Part shown: one piece after another, positions 39,086 through 48,256 of the stretch
Position numbering within the stretch: position 1 is the first letter of the stretch
How the letters are laid out: every line of letters starts with the position of its first letter
Translations under genes and position numbers: made by a program
Source: an uncultured bacterium
GTDB taxonomy: Bacteria; Bacteroidota; Ignavibacteria; Kapaibacteriales; UBA2268
Direction of reading: 5' to 3'
DNA length: 64,000 bases
Assembly (NCBI GenBank): GCA_942493235.1
Contig: OW818676.1
Location: 345,584-409,583 of the forward strand
The notes under the pieces: model-generated
Seen by the model: the letters and a program-made list of their open reading frames with translations, nothing else
The model's database searches: none
What the model was told of the DNA's origin: nothing

Positions 39086-39580
39086 TTGGAGAAAATTTTG
39101 GCAATAAATTATCCGGTAACTGCAGGCATAAGATTTTTAAGAGATAACAAAGTAGATTTTGAACAGTTTATTTATGATTATCAAGAAAAGGGTGGCACTA
39201 AGCAGACAGCAATAGAGCTTAATTTGAACGAGCATAATGTAATTAAAACTCTCGTTTTTATTAGTGATACCGGCAAAGGCATTATTTGCTTAATGCATGG
39301 CGATAATGAAGTATCTGCTAAGGAATTAGCCAGAAGTATAGGAGTGAAATCTTTAGTTCCGGCTCCTCAAGATAAAGCAATGAAATGGACAGGTTATCAA
39401 TTTGGTGGAACAAGCCCTTTCGGTACAAAATCTCAATTACCGATTTATGTAGAAAGTACAATCTTTGATTTGGACAAAATTTATATAAATGGCGGGAAAC
39501 GTGGTTTTATAGTTTCAATGTGCCCATCCGTTTTAAAAGAAATATTTGATATTACAGAAGTTAATGTAGCGATTGACTAA
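39086..39580 (+). CDS. YbaK/ProX-family aminoacyl-tRNA deacylase domain protein
   Basis: 'HNVIKTLVFI...GKGIICLMHGDNEVSAKELA...GGTSPFG' YbaK-like motifs. TTG start. Confidence 0.6.
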   Translation: MEKILAINYPVTAGIRFLRDNKVDFEQFIYDYQEKGGTKQTAIELNLNEHNVIKTLVFISDTGKGIICLMHGDNEVSAKELARSIGVKSLVPAPQDKAMKWTGYQFGGTSPFGTKSQLPIYVESTIFDLDKIYINGGKRGFIVSMCPSVLKEIFDITEVNVAID

Positions 39581-39600
39581 TTAGAAATTGCTTAAATAGA

Positions 39601-40040
39601 GAGGTTAGGAGCTAGGGTTTAGGGACTGGAACGTATATTATGTCATATTTTAGCTACATTCTAATTCCCAATTCCCAATTCCCAGCCACCAGCTACAGAG
39701 CATAGTAAGGAGTCGAAAGGGGGTGCCACTTTCATGCTACCATTATTCAACATCTAACGATGTTGGAAGAAAAGAATCCGTACATGATCTTTAAGCCCTC
39801 CCTTTGGGGAGGGTTTGGGTGGGGTTGAAAGATATTTAGCTGTCATCCGCACTACGCAGAGCATAGTAAGGAGGGGAAATTGAGTGCCAAATTCATTCTA
39901 CCAATATTCAACATCTAACGATGTTGCAAGAAAAGATTTCATTCCTACTTCCTATTACCCAATTCCCACAAAACATTCTAATTCCCAATTCTTATCCCCA
40001 AACCCCCAGTCCCAAATCCCCTTACTAAAGCTTAAAATAG
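39601..40040. repeat. Mosaic repeat family 2, MITE-like ~420-bp element with inverted ends (agggtttagggactgg / ccagtcccaaatccc), two tandem internal units, aattccc microsatellite
   Basis: Units at 39691-39800 and 39849-39960 share cagagcatagtaaggag...ttcaacatctaacgatgttg(g/c)aagaaaaga. Ends at 39615-39630 and 40008-40022 are inverted repeats. Confidence 0.75.
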
Positions 40041-40133
40041 CGAACTACCAAAAATATTATCAAATATTTACTTTGAATATTTAGATTTGCTGTTTAGTTT
40101 TGTATGATTGTTTTAATTATATTAGGAGATAAA

Positions 40134-40475
40134 ATGAGTAAAAATAACTGGGCAGATGAATTGCCGTCCGCCATTACTATTAGTGATGCCGACGGAAATA
40201 TAGTCTATATGAATAATAAATCTCAGAAGACATTCGAAAAGTACGGAGGAGCTAATCTGATAGGTACTAAGCTCAGTCAATGGCATAAAGCAGAAGCTAA
40301 TGAATTAATCAAGCAGATTGCCGAAACCGGAATTCCAAACGCCTATACTATTGAAAAAGCCGGAATAAAGAAATTAATATATCAGACTCCATATTATGAA
40401 AATGGGGAGTATGCGGGTTTGGTCGAATTCTCAATGGAGATTCCTTTTGAAATGCCTAATTATATAAGAAGTTAA
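40134..40475 (+). CDS. Small PAS-domain protein
   Basis: AGGAGA SD. 'ITISDADGNIVYMNNKSQKTF' PAS-fold N-terminus. 113 aa. Confidence 0.55.
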   Translation: MSKNNWADELPSAITISDADGNIVYMNNKSQKTFEKYGGANLIGTKLSQWHKAEANELIKQIAETGIPNAYTIEKAGIKKLIYQTPYYENGEYAGLVEFSMEIPFEMPNYIRS

Positions 40476-40482
40476 TTAAGAA

Positions 40483-41442
40483 ATGAACTCAACTAATCAG
40501 GAATACGTATCGCGAATCAATAGAGTAATTGATTATATTGACACAAATTATAATAATAATTTGAGCCTTGACACATTAGCCGAAGTTGCGAATTTTTCTA
40601 AATTCCATTTTCATCGTATCTTTTATTCTTTTATAGGCGAGACTCTATATGATTTTATTCAGAGAGTACGAGTTGAGAAAGCCGCCTCTAAATTACTCTT
40701 TAGTGATACAATTACCATTACAGATGTAGCCTACGACTGCGGATATAGTTCGGTGTCGGTATTTTCAAGAGCTTTTAAACAGGTTTTCGAGCAAAGTCCT
40801 TCGCAATGGCGTGAAGAGAATAAAGCTATATATGGCAATAATAGCAATTATTGCAAAAAAGAGGGCAAGAACGGCAAAATGTTTGACGAACAAAGCTCGT
40901 ATTTTCGTAATGCAATTAAGTTATCCATTATTGAAAGAGCGGAAATGTTTGAAAATCAAAATGTAAATGCAGAAATAAGAACTTTAGCCCCAATTGATTT
41001 GGCTTATGTTCGATATATCGGACCTTATAAAGGCGACTCCGATTTATTCGGAAGGCTCTATGGCAAGCTCTGTGCTTGGGCTGGACCAAGAGGAATTCTA
41101 AGCCGTCCGAATGTTAAATTTATATGTGTCTATCACGACGACCCAAATATAACTGAACCCGATAAATTAAGAATAAGCGTCGGGGTAACAGTTTCGGAGG
41201 ATACAAAAGTAGAAGGTGAAATCGGTAAGATGCAAATAGAAGGTGGCAAATATGCCGTAGGCAGATTTGAAATTCCAACCGATGGATTTGGTCAGGCTTG
41301 GACTTCAATGTGTGGCTGGGTAGCTAATGCCGGATTTCAACCGGAAGACGGATTGACTTTTGAATTATATCATAATAATTTTCAAGAGCATCCTCAAAAG
41401 CTTCATATTCTTGATATTTGCATTCCGGTGAAATCAATGTAA
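40483..41442 (+). CDS. AraC-family transcriptional regulator with C-terminal GyrI-like effector-binding domain
   Basis: N-terminal HTH_AraC ('LSLDTLAEVANFSKFHFHRIF...GYSSVSVFSRAFKQVF'). C-terminal ~150 aa GyrI-like fold. Confidence 0.7.
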   Translation: MNSTNQEYVSRINRVIDYIDTNYNNNLSLDTLAEVANFSKFHFHRIFYSFIGETLYDFIQRVRVEKAASKLLFSDTITITDVAYDCGYSSVSVFSRAFKQVFEQSPSQWREENKAIYGNNSNYCKKEGKNGKMFDEQSSYFRNAIKLSIIERAEMFENQNVNAEIRTLAPIDLAYVRYIGPYKGDSDLFGRLYGKLCAWAGPRGILSRPNVKFICVYHDDPNITEPDKLRISVGVTVSEDTKVEGEIGKMQIEGGKYAVGRFEIPTDGFGQAWTSMCGWVANAGFQPEDGLTFELYHNNFQEHPQKLHILDICIPVKSM

Positions 41443-41595
41443 GATTATCTATACTTCAGTGGCTGGTGTTTAGAGGCTATTCTTAAAATTCGTCTCTTTG
41501 AGGGGAAACATCGCGTAGCGATGACAGGGTGGTTTAATTCTTGCTAATTGGTGGCTGAAGTCTGTTAAAAGTGGATAAAGAATGGGGAAAAATAT

Positions 41596-41677
41596 CAACC
41601 TGACGGTTAACCGTCAGGTTGCATTAGAATAAAATGAATTTATTCGAGTATTTGCACAGCCTCTTCAGCGTGGAGGA
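41596..41677. repeat. Family 1 repeat copy: palindrome P plus inverted-B-like unit
   Basis: caacctgacggttaaccgtcaggttg (41596-41621) and tatttgcacagcctcttcagcgtggagg (41650-41677). Same P-then-B arrangement as at 33.8 kb. Confidence 0.75.
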
Positions 41678-41708
41678 ATAGGAAAAATGTAACACGAAAT
41701 ATTTTGAG

Positions 41709-43361
41709 TTAGTTTTCAATAAGATTATCTATCATTTTCAATAACAAATCACTTTCAATCGGTTTAGTTAAGAAATTATTGCATCCTGCTTCAATTATTT
41801 TGTCTCTTTCTTCATTAAATGCGAAAGCTGTTTGTGCAATAATAGGAATGTTTGGCATTAACTCCCTGATTTTTTTTGTTGCTTCTATCCCGTCCATTAA
41901 GGGCATTCTAATGTCCATCAAAATCAAATCAATTTCGGGATGATTAATTACAAGCTCGACGGCTTTTACCCCATTATCGGCATGAAGTATTTTAAATCCG
42001 CTGTCAATTAATATTCTTCTTAGTAATTCGAAACAATTTTCATCATCTTCTGCAATTAGAACCATTAAAACTTTATATGGCTTAGCTAATATGTCGTCTT
42101 GATTATTAATAAATACCGATTGAGCATGAATATACGGTATAGAAAAATAAAAATCAGTACCTTTATCTACTTCAGAATCAACCTGGATTTCACCACCAAG
42201 TTTCTCTATTAGTCCTTTACATATAGCTAATCCAAGCCCTGCCCCTTTCAAAGAGTGTTCCTTTACTAAATCTACTGGAGTAAATCTGTCAAAGATTTTT
42301 TCAATATTTTCTTGAGGAATTCCGATTCCGGTGTCTTTCACAAAGAATTGCAATTTGTCATTAAGTACTTCATATCCGTAAAGAATAGTTCCGGACTGTG
42401 TAAATTTTATGGAATTATTAATAATATTTGTAAGAATTTGGTGGAGCTTAGTATCATCTGAAATAATATAACAATTGTCATTGTCTAAAGCGGCAGTATA
42501 GCTGAATTTTATACCTTTTTTAGCAGCCAATGGGGTAAAGAAAGCATACAAATTATCCATTATTAAATTTAGTGAAAATGTTTTTTTCAATATTTCTATT
42601 TGACCGGTTTCGATTTTAGAAATATCTAACACATTATTGATTATATCCAGCAGTCTGTGGCTACTTTTTGAAATAATACCGGTATATTCCTTTATATCGT
42701 CAGCTGAAACAGAATAACGGTTGAGTAAGTCAGAAAACCCAAGAATCCCATTTAACGGAGTTCGAATCTCGTGAGAGATATTCTGAAGAAAAGCTGTTTT
42801 TAATTTGTCTGCTACTTCGGCTTTTTCTTTTGCTACTTGTAATTCGACTAATGTTTGCTTATGTGAATTAATTTCTTTTTCTAACTCAATATTCTTTTTT
42901 TCTAATTTAGATATTAAGCGCTCACTATATAATTTCATTATTTCAGTCTCGTCTTGAATAGTTGGTGCGTTTGTAGCAAATTTAGATTCATCTGCCTCGT
43001 TTATTACTCTCAGTATAATACTCAGTAATACCTCCGGCTCTTGAGGTTTTGTAATGAATTCTTGAGCACCGAGCGACAAAGCGAAAGACTTATCCAGACT
43101 ATCTATATAGGTAGCCGTGTAGAAAATAAACGGAATACTTGAGAATTTTTTATTTTGCTTACATTCTTTACAGAACATAAACCCATCCATAATTGGCATT
43201 AGAATATCCGAAATAATTAGCTCGAATTTCTCTGAACGAAGTTTCTCCAGTGCTATTTTTCCGTTAATTGCTGAAACAACTGTGAAATTATTACAAGTAA
43301 GAATAATTTCCATCATTTCTAAGTTATCGGTATTATCATCAACAACAAGTATCTTTTTCAT
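41709..43361 (-). CDS. Hybrid sensor histidine kinase/response regulator (REC-HisKA-HATPase-REC)
   Basis: N-terminal REC (DDNTDN...SDILMP), H-box 'ISHEIRTPLNGI', HATPase_c G-boxes, C-terminal REC (EDDENCF...LMDIRMP). Confidence 0.8.
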   Translation of the reverse strand: MKKILVVDDNTDNLEMMEIILTCNNFTVVSAINGKIALEKLRSEKFELIISDILMPIMDGFMFCKECKQNKKFSSIPFIFYTATYIDSLDKSFALSLGAQEFITKPQEPEVLLSIILRVINEADESKFATNAPTIQDETEIMKLYSERLISKLEKKNIELEKEINSHKQTLVELQVAKEKAEVADKLKTAFLQNISHEIRTPLNGILGFSDLLNRYSVSADDIKEYTGIISKSSHRLLDIINNVLDISKIETGQIEILKKTFSLNLIMDNLYAFFTPLAAKKGIKFSYTAALDNDNCYIISDDTKLHQILTNIINNSIKFTQSGTILYGYEVLNDKLQFFVKDTGIGIPQENIEKIFDRFTPVDLVKEHSLKGAGLGLAICKGLIEKLGGEIQVDSEVDKGTDFYFSIPYIHAQSVFINNQDDILAKPYKVLMVLIAEDDENCFELLRRILIDSGFKILHADNGVKAVELVINHPEIDLILMDIRMPLMDGIEATKKIRELMPNIPIIAQTAFAFNEERDKIIEAGCNNFLTKPIESDLLLKMIDNLIEN

Positions 43362-43386
43362 TTTCTACTTTCTGATAATTCAATGA

Positions 43387-43749
43387 TTATAAATATTTGC
43401 GAATATCATTCATAATGGTCTCCGGCTCTATGGGCTTCTCTATATAAGAATCACAGCCGGCATCAAGTGCCCTTTGTTTATCTCCGGTCATAGCATATGA
43501 AGATATTGCAATAATCGGAATGGTATTTTTAATTTCGGAACTACGAATCATTTTTGTAACTTCTAATCCGTTTATGTCGGGCAATTGTATATCCATTAAT
43601 ATCAAATCCGGTCTCTCGGATAATGCCGCATTATACCCCTTCATGCCGGTATCCATCATAATTACATTCAATTGGTTCTGCTCTAATATGAATTTAATCA
43701 TATACATATTGTCTTCGTTATCTTCAATAATAAGTACTCTTTTCATCAC
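43387..43749 (-). CDS. Single-domain response regulator (CheY-like REC)
   Basis: 120 aa. 'LIIEDNEDN...LILMDIQLPDINGLEV...K'. Confidence 0.8.
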   Translation of the reverse strand: MMKRVLIIEDNEDNMYMIKFILEQNQLNVIMMDTGMKGYNAALSERPDLILMDIQLPDINGLEVTKMIRSSEIKNTIPIIAISSYAMTGDKQRALDAGCDSYIEKPIEPETIMNDIRKYL

Positions 43750-45600
43750 TTAATCTTTTTTATGTTTAACAGGCATTACTAAATAAAAATCACTTCCTTT
43801 TCCCAGTTCGCTTTTGACGAAAATATCGCCACCGAGCATAATCATTATTTTTCTACTTAAATAAAGTCCCAGGCCGGTACCACTGTTTTTCTTTGTTAGT
43901 GAAGAATCAATCTGTTGAAACGGTTGAAACAGTCTAGCCAATTCACTATCAGCGATTCCAATTCCTGTATCCTTAACGGAAATTTGAAATTTATTATCAG
44001 TTAATTTCTCGGTAGAAATATATATATCGCCAGATTCGGAATAATTAACCGCATTACTGACTAAATTTAAAATCACTTGCATAATTCTTCTTTTATCGGT
44101 AAAAATTGCAATATCTTCGCCGATATGAGTAGTAAGCATAAGTCCTTTCTCGGTAACTTTTGGCTGAATAGTCTCTACTACTTCGTCTATCAATGCTTTT
44201 AGCGAGAATTCTTCACAATTCAGCTCTACTCTATCTGCTTCTATTTTTGAAATATCTAAAATATCATTTATCAAGCTAAGCAAATGTTTGGCATTGTTTT
44301 TAACTTTTGTCAGCTGTTTACTTTGCTCATCATTTAGTGAGCCGGTCATTCCCATAAGCAGAATTCCTGTATATCCAATAATCGAATTTAGCGGAGTACG
44401 CAATTCATGGCTCATACTTGCCAAGAAAATTGATTTGTATTGGTCTGCTTGCTGTAATTTCTCATTGAGTATTTCCAACTCAATTAATTTCTCTTCTATC
44501 TGCTGCTTTTGCTTAGCAAGTTTATTGCTCTTATTTCTGTTTTTTCTATAACTTACAAATATTGTAATTACTAACACAAATATTAATGCTCCGACTACAT
44601 AGAGTAAAAATAGAGTTTTATTCTGCTGATTGATTATTTCTGTTTGAGTCCCTAATGCTAAATTTTTACCGTAAATATCTTTGTTTAATAAATTGATTTG
44701 GTATTGATTAGATTTTAATATTTTCTCTTGATCTACTAATACTAAGGATTTTTGCTTAATATCTTTGAGCTGATTAAAATAGATTGAATTTTTCTTAGCT
44801 ATCGAATCCTGCTGTGCTTTAAGAATTGCCTGACGAGAATTGAGAGTAGCTTTCTGAGTATTGATTTCCTCTTGCTGCTTAAATATTGTTTCTAAATGCT
44901 CAGATAATAATGATTTTTGTTCGGCAACCTTTTTTTCTTGTTCTTCAATTTGATTAATGGTAGTTAAAACATTCTTTTTTAAATTATTTAGGGAGTCGCT
45001 CATTAATTCCAAGTTTTTCTGCATACTGCGGAGATCGACTTGAGACTTTCTGTAAAGATTAGCAACGTCAATTTCTGTACCTCCCGAGAGTAATATTTCG
45101 GGGTCAATTGTTAGCTCTTGATTTATAATATTAGCAGTGTTTACCTCAAATAAAACTTGTTCGGATTTGGTTTTATATAAATTTATCATTATACTTCTTT
45201 TATCCGAATATTCTTCGCTAACTAAAAGTACGTGCTTATCTTCGATTTGGTCATAAATATCAGGTAAATACTTTGATTTATCATTTGTAATTAAGATAAT
45301 GTTTAATTTTTTTGGAATAGCTGTTGATTTAAGAATATATAATGCTATAGGTTTATTTTTAATCTTATAATTTGAAGCATAGTCCTTGAATTCGTCGATT
45401 ATATCTTGGTCAAGCGAAAATACCGCAATACGAAAACTGTCAAGAGTAGTTTCTGCTCGCCAAGTAGTATATTGAGCAAATTTATTAATATAAGCGGCAA
45501 ACACTCTGGCTTTATCTTTTTGAGCTCCGGTAGTATTATTGATTATTAAAATCAATAATACAAATAAGAAATATTTTAAAAGTTTTCTCATAAATGCCAT
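43750..45600 (-). CDS. Sensor histidine kinase with periplasmic YfiR/DUF4154-like domain and long coiled coil
   Basis: Signal peptide plus a DUF4154-like N-terminal domain, a TM helix, H-box 'MSHELRTPLNSI' and HATPase_c. Abuts the RR gene. Confidence 0.75.
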   Translation of the reverse strand: MAFMRKLLKYFLFVLLILIINNTTGAQKDKARVFAAYINKFAQYTTWRAETTLDSFRIAVFSLDQDIIDEFKDYASNYKIKNKPIALYILKSTAIPKKLNIILITNDKSKYLPDIYDQIEDKHVLLVSEEYSDKRSIMINLYKTKSEQVLFEVNTANIINQELTIDPEILLSGGTEIDVANLYRKSQVDLRSMQKNLELMSDSLNNLKKNVLTTINQIEEQEKKVAEQKSLLSEHLETIFKQQEEINTQKATLNSRQAILKAQQDSIAKKNSIYFNQLKDIKQKSLVLVDQEKILKSNQYQINLLNKDIYGKNLALGTQTEIINQQNKTLFLLYVVGALIFVLVITIFVSYRKNRNKSNKLAKQKQQIEEKLIELEILNEKLQQADQYKSIFLASMSHELRTPLNSIIGYTGILLMGMTGSLNDEQSKQLTKVKNNAKHLLSLINDILDISKIEADRVELNCEEFSLKALIDEVVETIQPKVTEKGLMLTTHIGEDIAIFTDKRRIMQVILNLVSNAVNYSESGDIYISTEKLTDNKFQISVKDTGIGIADSELARLFQPFQQIDSSLTKKNSGTGLGLYLSRKIMIMLGGDIFVKSELGKGSDFYLVMPVKHKKD

Positions 45601-45601
45601 T

Positions 45602-47605
45602 CTAATTTGTTGTTGAATAAGCTACCGAGAACAAAACTGCACGTGCTGCTTGCTTATATCTATCCGGTGCTCTGTTTGATGTATGATAATACTTTGTGTC
45701 GAAAATATTATTAATTGATAAACTAAAATCAAAGCCCTTGTAATTATAAAAAGAAAGTGTAGAATTGACAATAAAGGCAGGCTCAATATAAATGCTGTTT
45801 GTCGCTTCGATTAATTTAGGATTTTCTCTCTTACCGATATAGTTTGCTCGCATATTAAGTTTCAAATGTTCATAAAATGAATATGTTATGCTTGCATTGC
45901 CTGTATGCTTACTGATTTCTGGAACAAATGCTCCATAAGCATTAAGGCTTTGTGTAAATGTATAATTTAGTGTAGTTTTGATTTTAGCTGTAGCGTGCCT
46001 AAGCTCAAGCTCAATCCCACTTGTATTAATTTCGCCTTCGTTAATCCATCTATAGCCATTATTAAGTGTTTGCTTATTAATTGCATTTTTTAATTGGTTT
46101 TTATATGCGGTGAAATCAATTTGGAAATTATTAATAAGCGAGAGTGTAATTCCGGCTTCAAAGGATTTCATCGTTTCGGGAATTAAAGATTCATTGCCCA
46201 GACCATCGGTATAGTCCCAAGGCTTAGGGGCACGAAAAGCTTCCGAATATGATAATCGCAAAATTTGATTATCCAAGTTATAGCTGATACCTGCTCGAGG
46301 AGTTAATACCTTGTCATATAGACTGCTTTGGTCATAACGGACTCCGCATAATAAGAATAGATTTTGCAAGATATTTATTTGAGGTTCTAAAAATATTCCA
46401 ATCAAACGGTCAGCAGTCATTGGCGGCTTTTTCGGAGTTGGCGGTTTTGTAGAACCATCATTACTGTATGTAATTGAAAATCCGTTAGCTAATTCTTCAT
46501 ATTCGAATACAATTCCTCCGGTTATTGTTATAAAATCAGAGGCAACATAAGAAGCAATATTTTCTAAGCCAATTAAATAATTGGGTCTGTAATATCCGAT
46601 TTGAGTGGTATCTAATACATATTGAACAGTGTTATCAAGTACATTGGCATTTCTGTTATATAAAGTAGTAGAAATAGTCCACTTCTCATTGAATTTCTTG
46701 TTATATTTAATATAGTTATTTAGGAACTGCACGTTCCATAAAGTACCATAGTCTTTATAATCAGTTCCCGCGGACTTTACATTCGGAGCTGTAGATGACT
46801 GTTTTTGTAGGTAGTGAGAACCGAATGTGAAATTATCAACTTGGATTTTCAAACCGAATGAATAATTGTTTTCAAAATTATCTAATAAATCAGTCCAGTT
46901 ATTATCTCCAGCCGAGCCTTTCAAATCGGTTTTATCTGTTTTCTTTACCATAGCAGATAGTCTAATGCCAAAGTCCTTTTTTTCATTAGCATAACTATAG
47001 CTTGCATCAGCATTGATAGTATTGAATGAGCCGGCACCGGCATTAATGATTGTTCTGTTTTCTAAGCTGGTTTTTGATATAATATTTATAATTCCCGTAA
47101 CAGCATTTGTACCGTAGGCTACTGAACCCGGACCATAAATTACTTCAATTCTATCAATATTTGATAGGTTATACAAACCGCCACCATAGAATCCGCCGGA
47201 GTTTAATTCATTAACCTGAATACCGTCTATCAATACCAAAATTAGATTGTTCTGGTTGGGAATACCCCTCTGAAATGAGTAAGTATTAAAACTCTGAATA
47301 TTCCTGAACTGAAATCCGGGCAAGTCTCCCAGTACGTCTTCCAGAGTCAGATACCCTTTCTCCTTAATTTCTTCGGCACTAACTATATGAACCGTAACAG
47401 GAGTTTCGGATATTTTTATAGGCGATTTTGATACCGAAGATATTTTCAGCTTTGATAATTGATTTAAATCGTATTTGTATATATCCGTACTGTCTGCAAA
47501 TCCATAAGAATTCATAGTATCAAACGAAATTATAAAAAGAATAATTAAGAATTTTATGGTAATCCTTGATTTGAAATTTTCCGAAAACTGAGAGGCAAGA
47601 ATCAT
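45602..47605 (-). CDS. TonB-dependent receptor-like outer-membrane protein
   Basis: Plug-domain motifs 'ETPVTVHIVSAEEIKEKGYLTLEDVLGDLPGFQ', 'IDRIEVIYGPGSVAYGTNAVTGIINI'. The C-terminus lacks the typical terminal aromatic residue. Confidence 0.7.
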   Translation of the reverse strand: MILASQFSENFKSRITIKFLIILFIISFDTMNSYGFADSTDIYKYDLNQLSKLKISSVSKSPIKISETPVTVHIVSAEEIKEKGYLTLEDVLGDLPGFQFRNIQSFNTYSFQRGIPNQNNLILVLIDGIQVNELNSGGFYGGGLYNLSNIDRIEVIYGPGSVAYGTNAVTGIINIISKTSLENRTIINAGAGSFNTINADASYSYANEKKDFGIRLSAMVKKTDKTDLKGSAGDNNWTDLLDNFENNYSFGLKIQVDNFTFGSHYLQKQSSTAPNVKSAGTDYKDYGTLWNVQFLNNYIKYNKKFNEKWTISTTLYNRNANVLDNTVQYVLDTTQIGYYRPNYLIGLENIASYVASDFITITGGIVFEYEELANGFSITYSNDGSTKPPTPKKPPMTADRLIGIFLEPQINILQNLFLLCGVRYDQSSLYDKVLTPRAGISYNLDNQILRLSYSEAFRAPKPWDYTDGLGNESLIPETMKSFEAGITLSLINNFQIDFTAYKNQLKNAINKQTLNNGYRWINEGEINTSGIELELRHATAKIKTTLNYTFTQSLNAYGAFVPEISKHTGNASITYSFYEHLKLNMRANYIGKRENPKLIEATNSIYIEPAFIVNSTLSFYNYKGFDFSLSINNIFDTKYYHTSNRAPDRYKQAARAVLFSVAYSTTN

Positions 47606-47850
47606 ATTGACTTCCCCTAATAACTATATTGTTGAAAATCTATACGTAAGATAAAATATTATATTGTATTTGAAATATATTAGCACTAATCCAATGAAAT
47701 TAGGGCTATTGAATAAGTTTACGATAACTGATATAGTGATAATGTAAATATATGGGGAATAGTTTCCCTACGCTATTCTATTGAGCAGAATGTAGAGAAA
47801 ATTTTAAATTTACTACTTTTCAAATTGCTTAAAAATATAAAATAAAAAAA

Positions 47851-48154
47851 GGGTCTTCGCTATTTCAAGTGGGTTAGCAAATAATTATTATTAGTATAAA
47901 GAAAAACCTCATATATCAAATATTGATTTTTGATATCTTATTGGATAAACATCTTTGATTTCAAATTTTAACTCCGTCAGGAGTTAAACATCGGTAACAT
48001 AATGAGATACTCCAGCACCACTCTCTGCATTTAACAACAAAAAGAGAAGAAAGAGTTTGGGGACTAAACAATGTATATTACCGATGTTCAACAGCTAACG
48101 CCGTTGTAAGAAAGATTTCTTAATTTGTTTACCCACACATAATAGCGAAGAACC
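47851..48154. repeat. MITE-like ~300-bp element with 24-nt terminal inverted repeats (gggtcttcgctatttcaagtgggt / acccacacataatagcgaagaacc) carrying a family-2 unit
   Basis: TIRs at 47851-47874 and 48131-48154 (20/24 match). Interior contains gtttggggactaaaca and ttcaacagctaacgccgttgtaagaaagatttc. Confidence 0.6.
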
Positions 48155-48256
48155 ATATAAAAAGTAATATATTCCCAATAAATACGTTTACATATCTTTA
48201 AATTAGTTAATATGAATTGTTTAGCATAATGCTTGAAATTAAAATAAGGTAATTCT

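Noticed and set aside
39663-40020. Tandem aattccc / ccaattccc heptamer runs that could be mistaken for a mini-CRISPR or a telomere-like repeat.
   Set aside because: The period is only 7 nt, there are no spacers, and the runs sit inside the MITE-like family-2 element. This is a microsatellite.
45602-47605. Doubt whether the TonB-dependent receptor is intact, because the C-terminus ends ...AYSTTN without a terminal aromatic residue.
   Set aside because: Plug-domain motifs and length (667 aa) fit a TBDR. Terminal residue variation alone is insufficient to call it a pseudogene.
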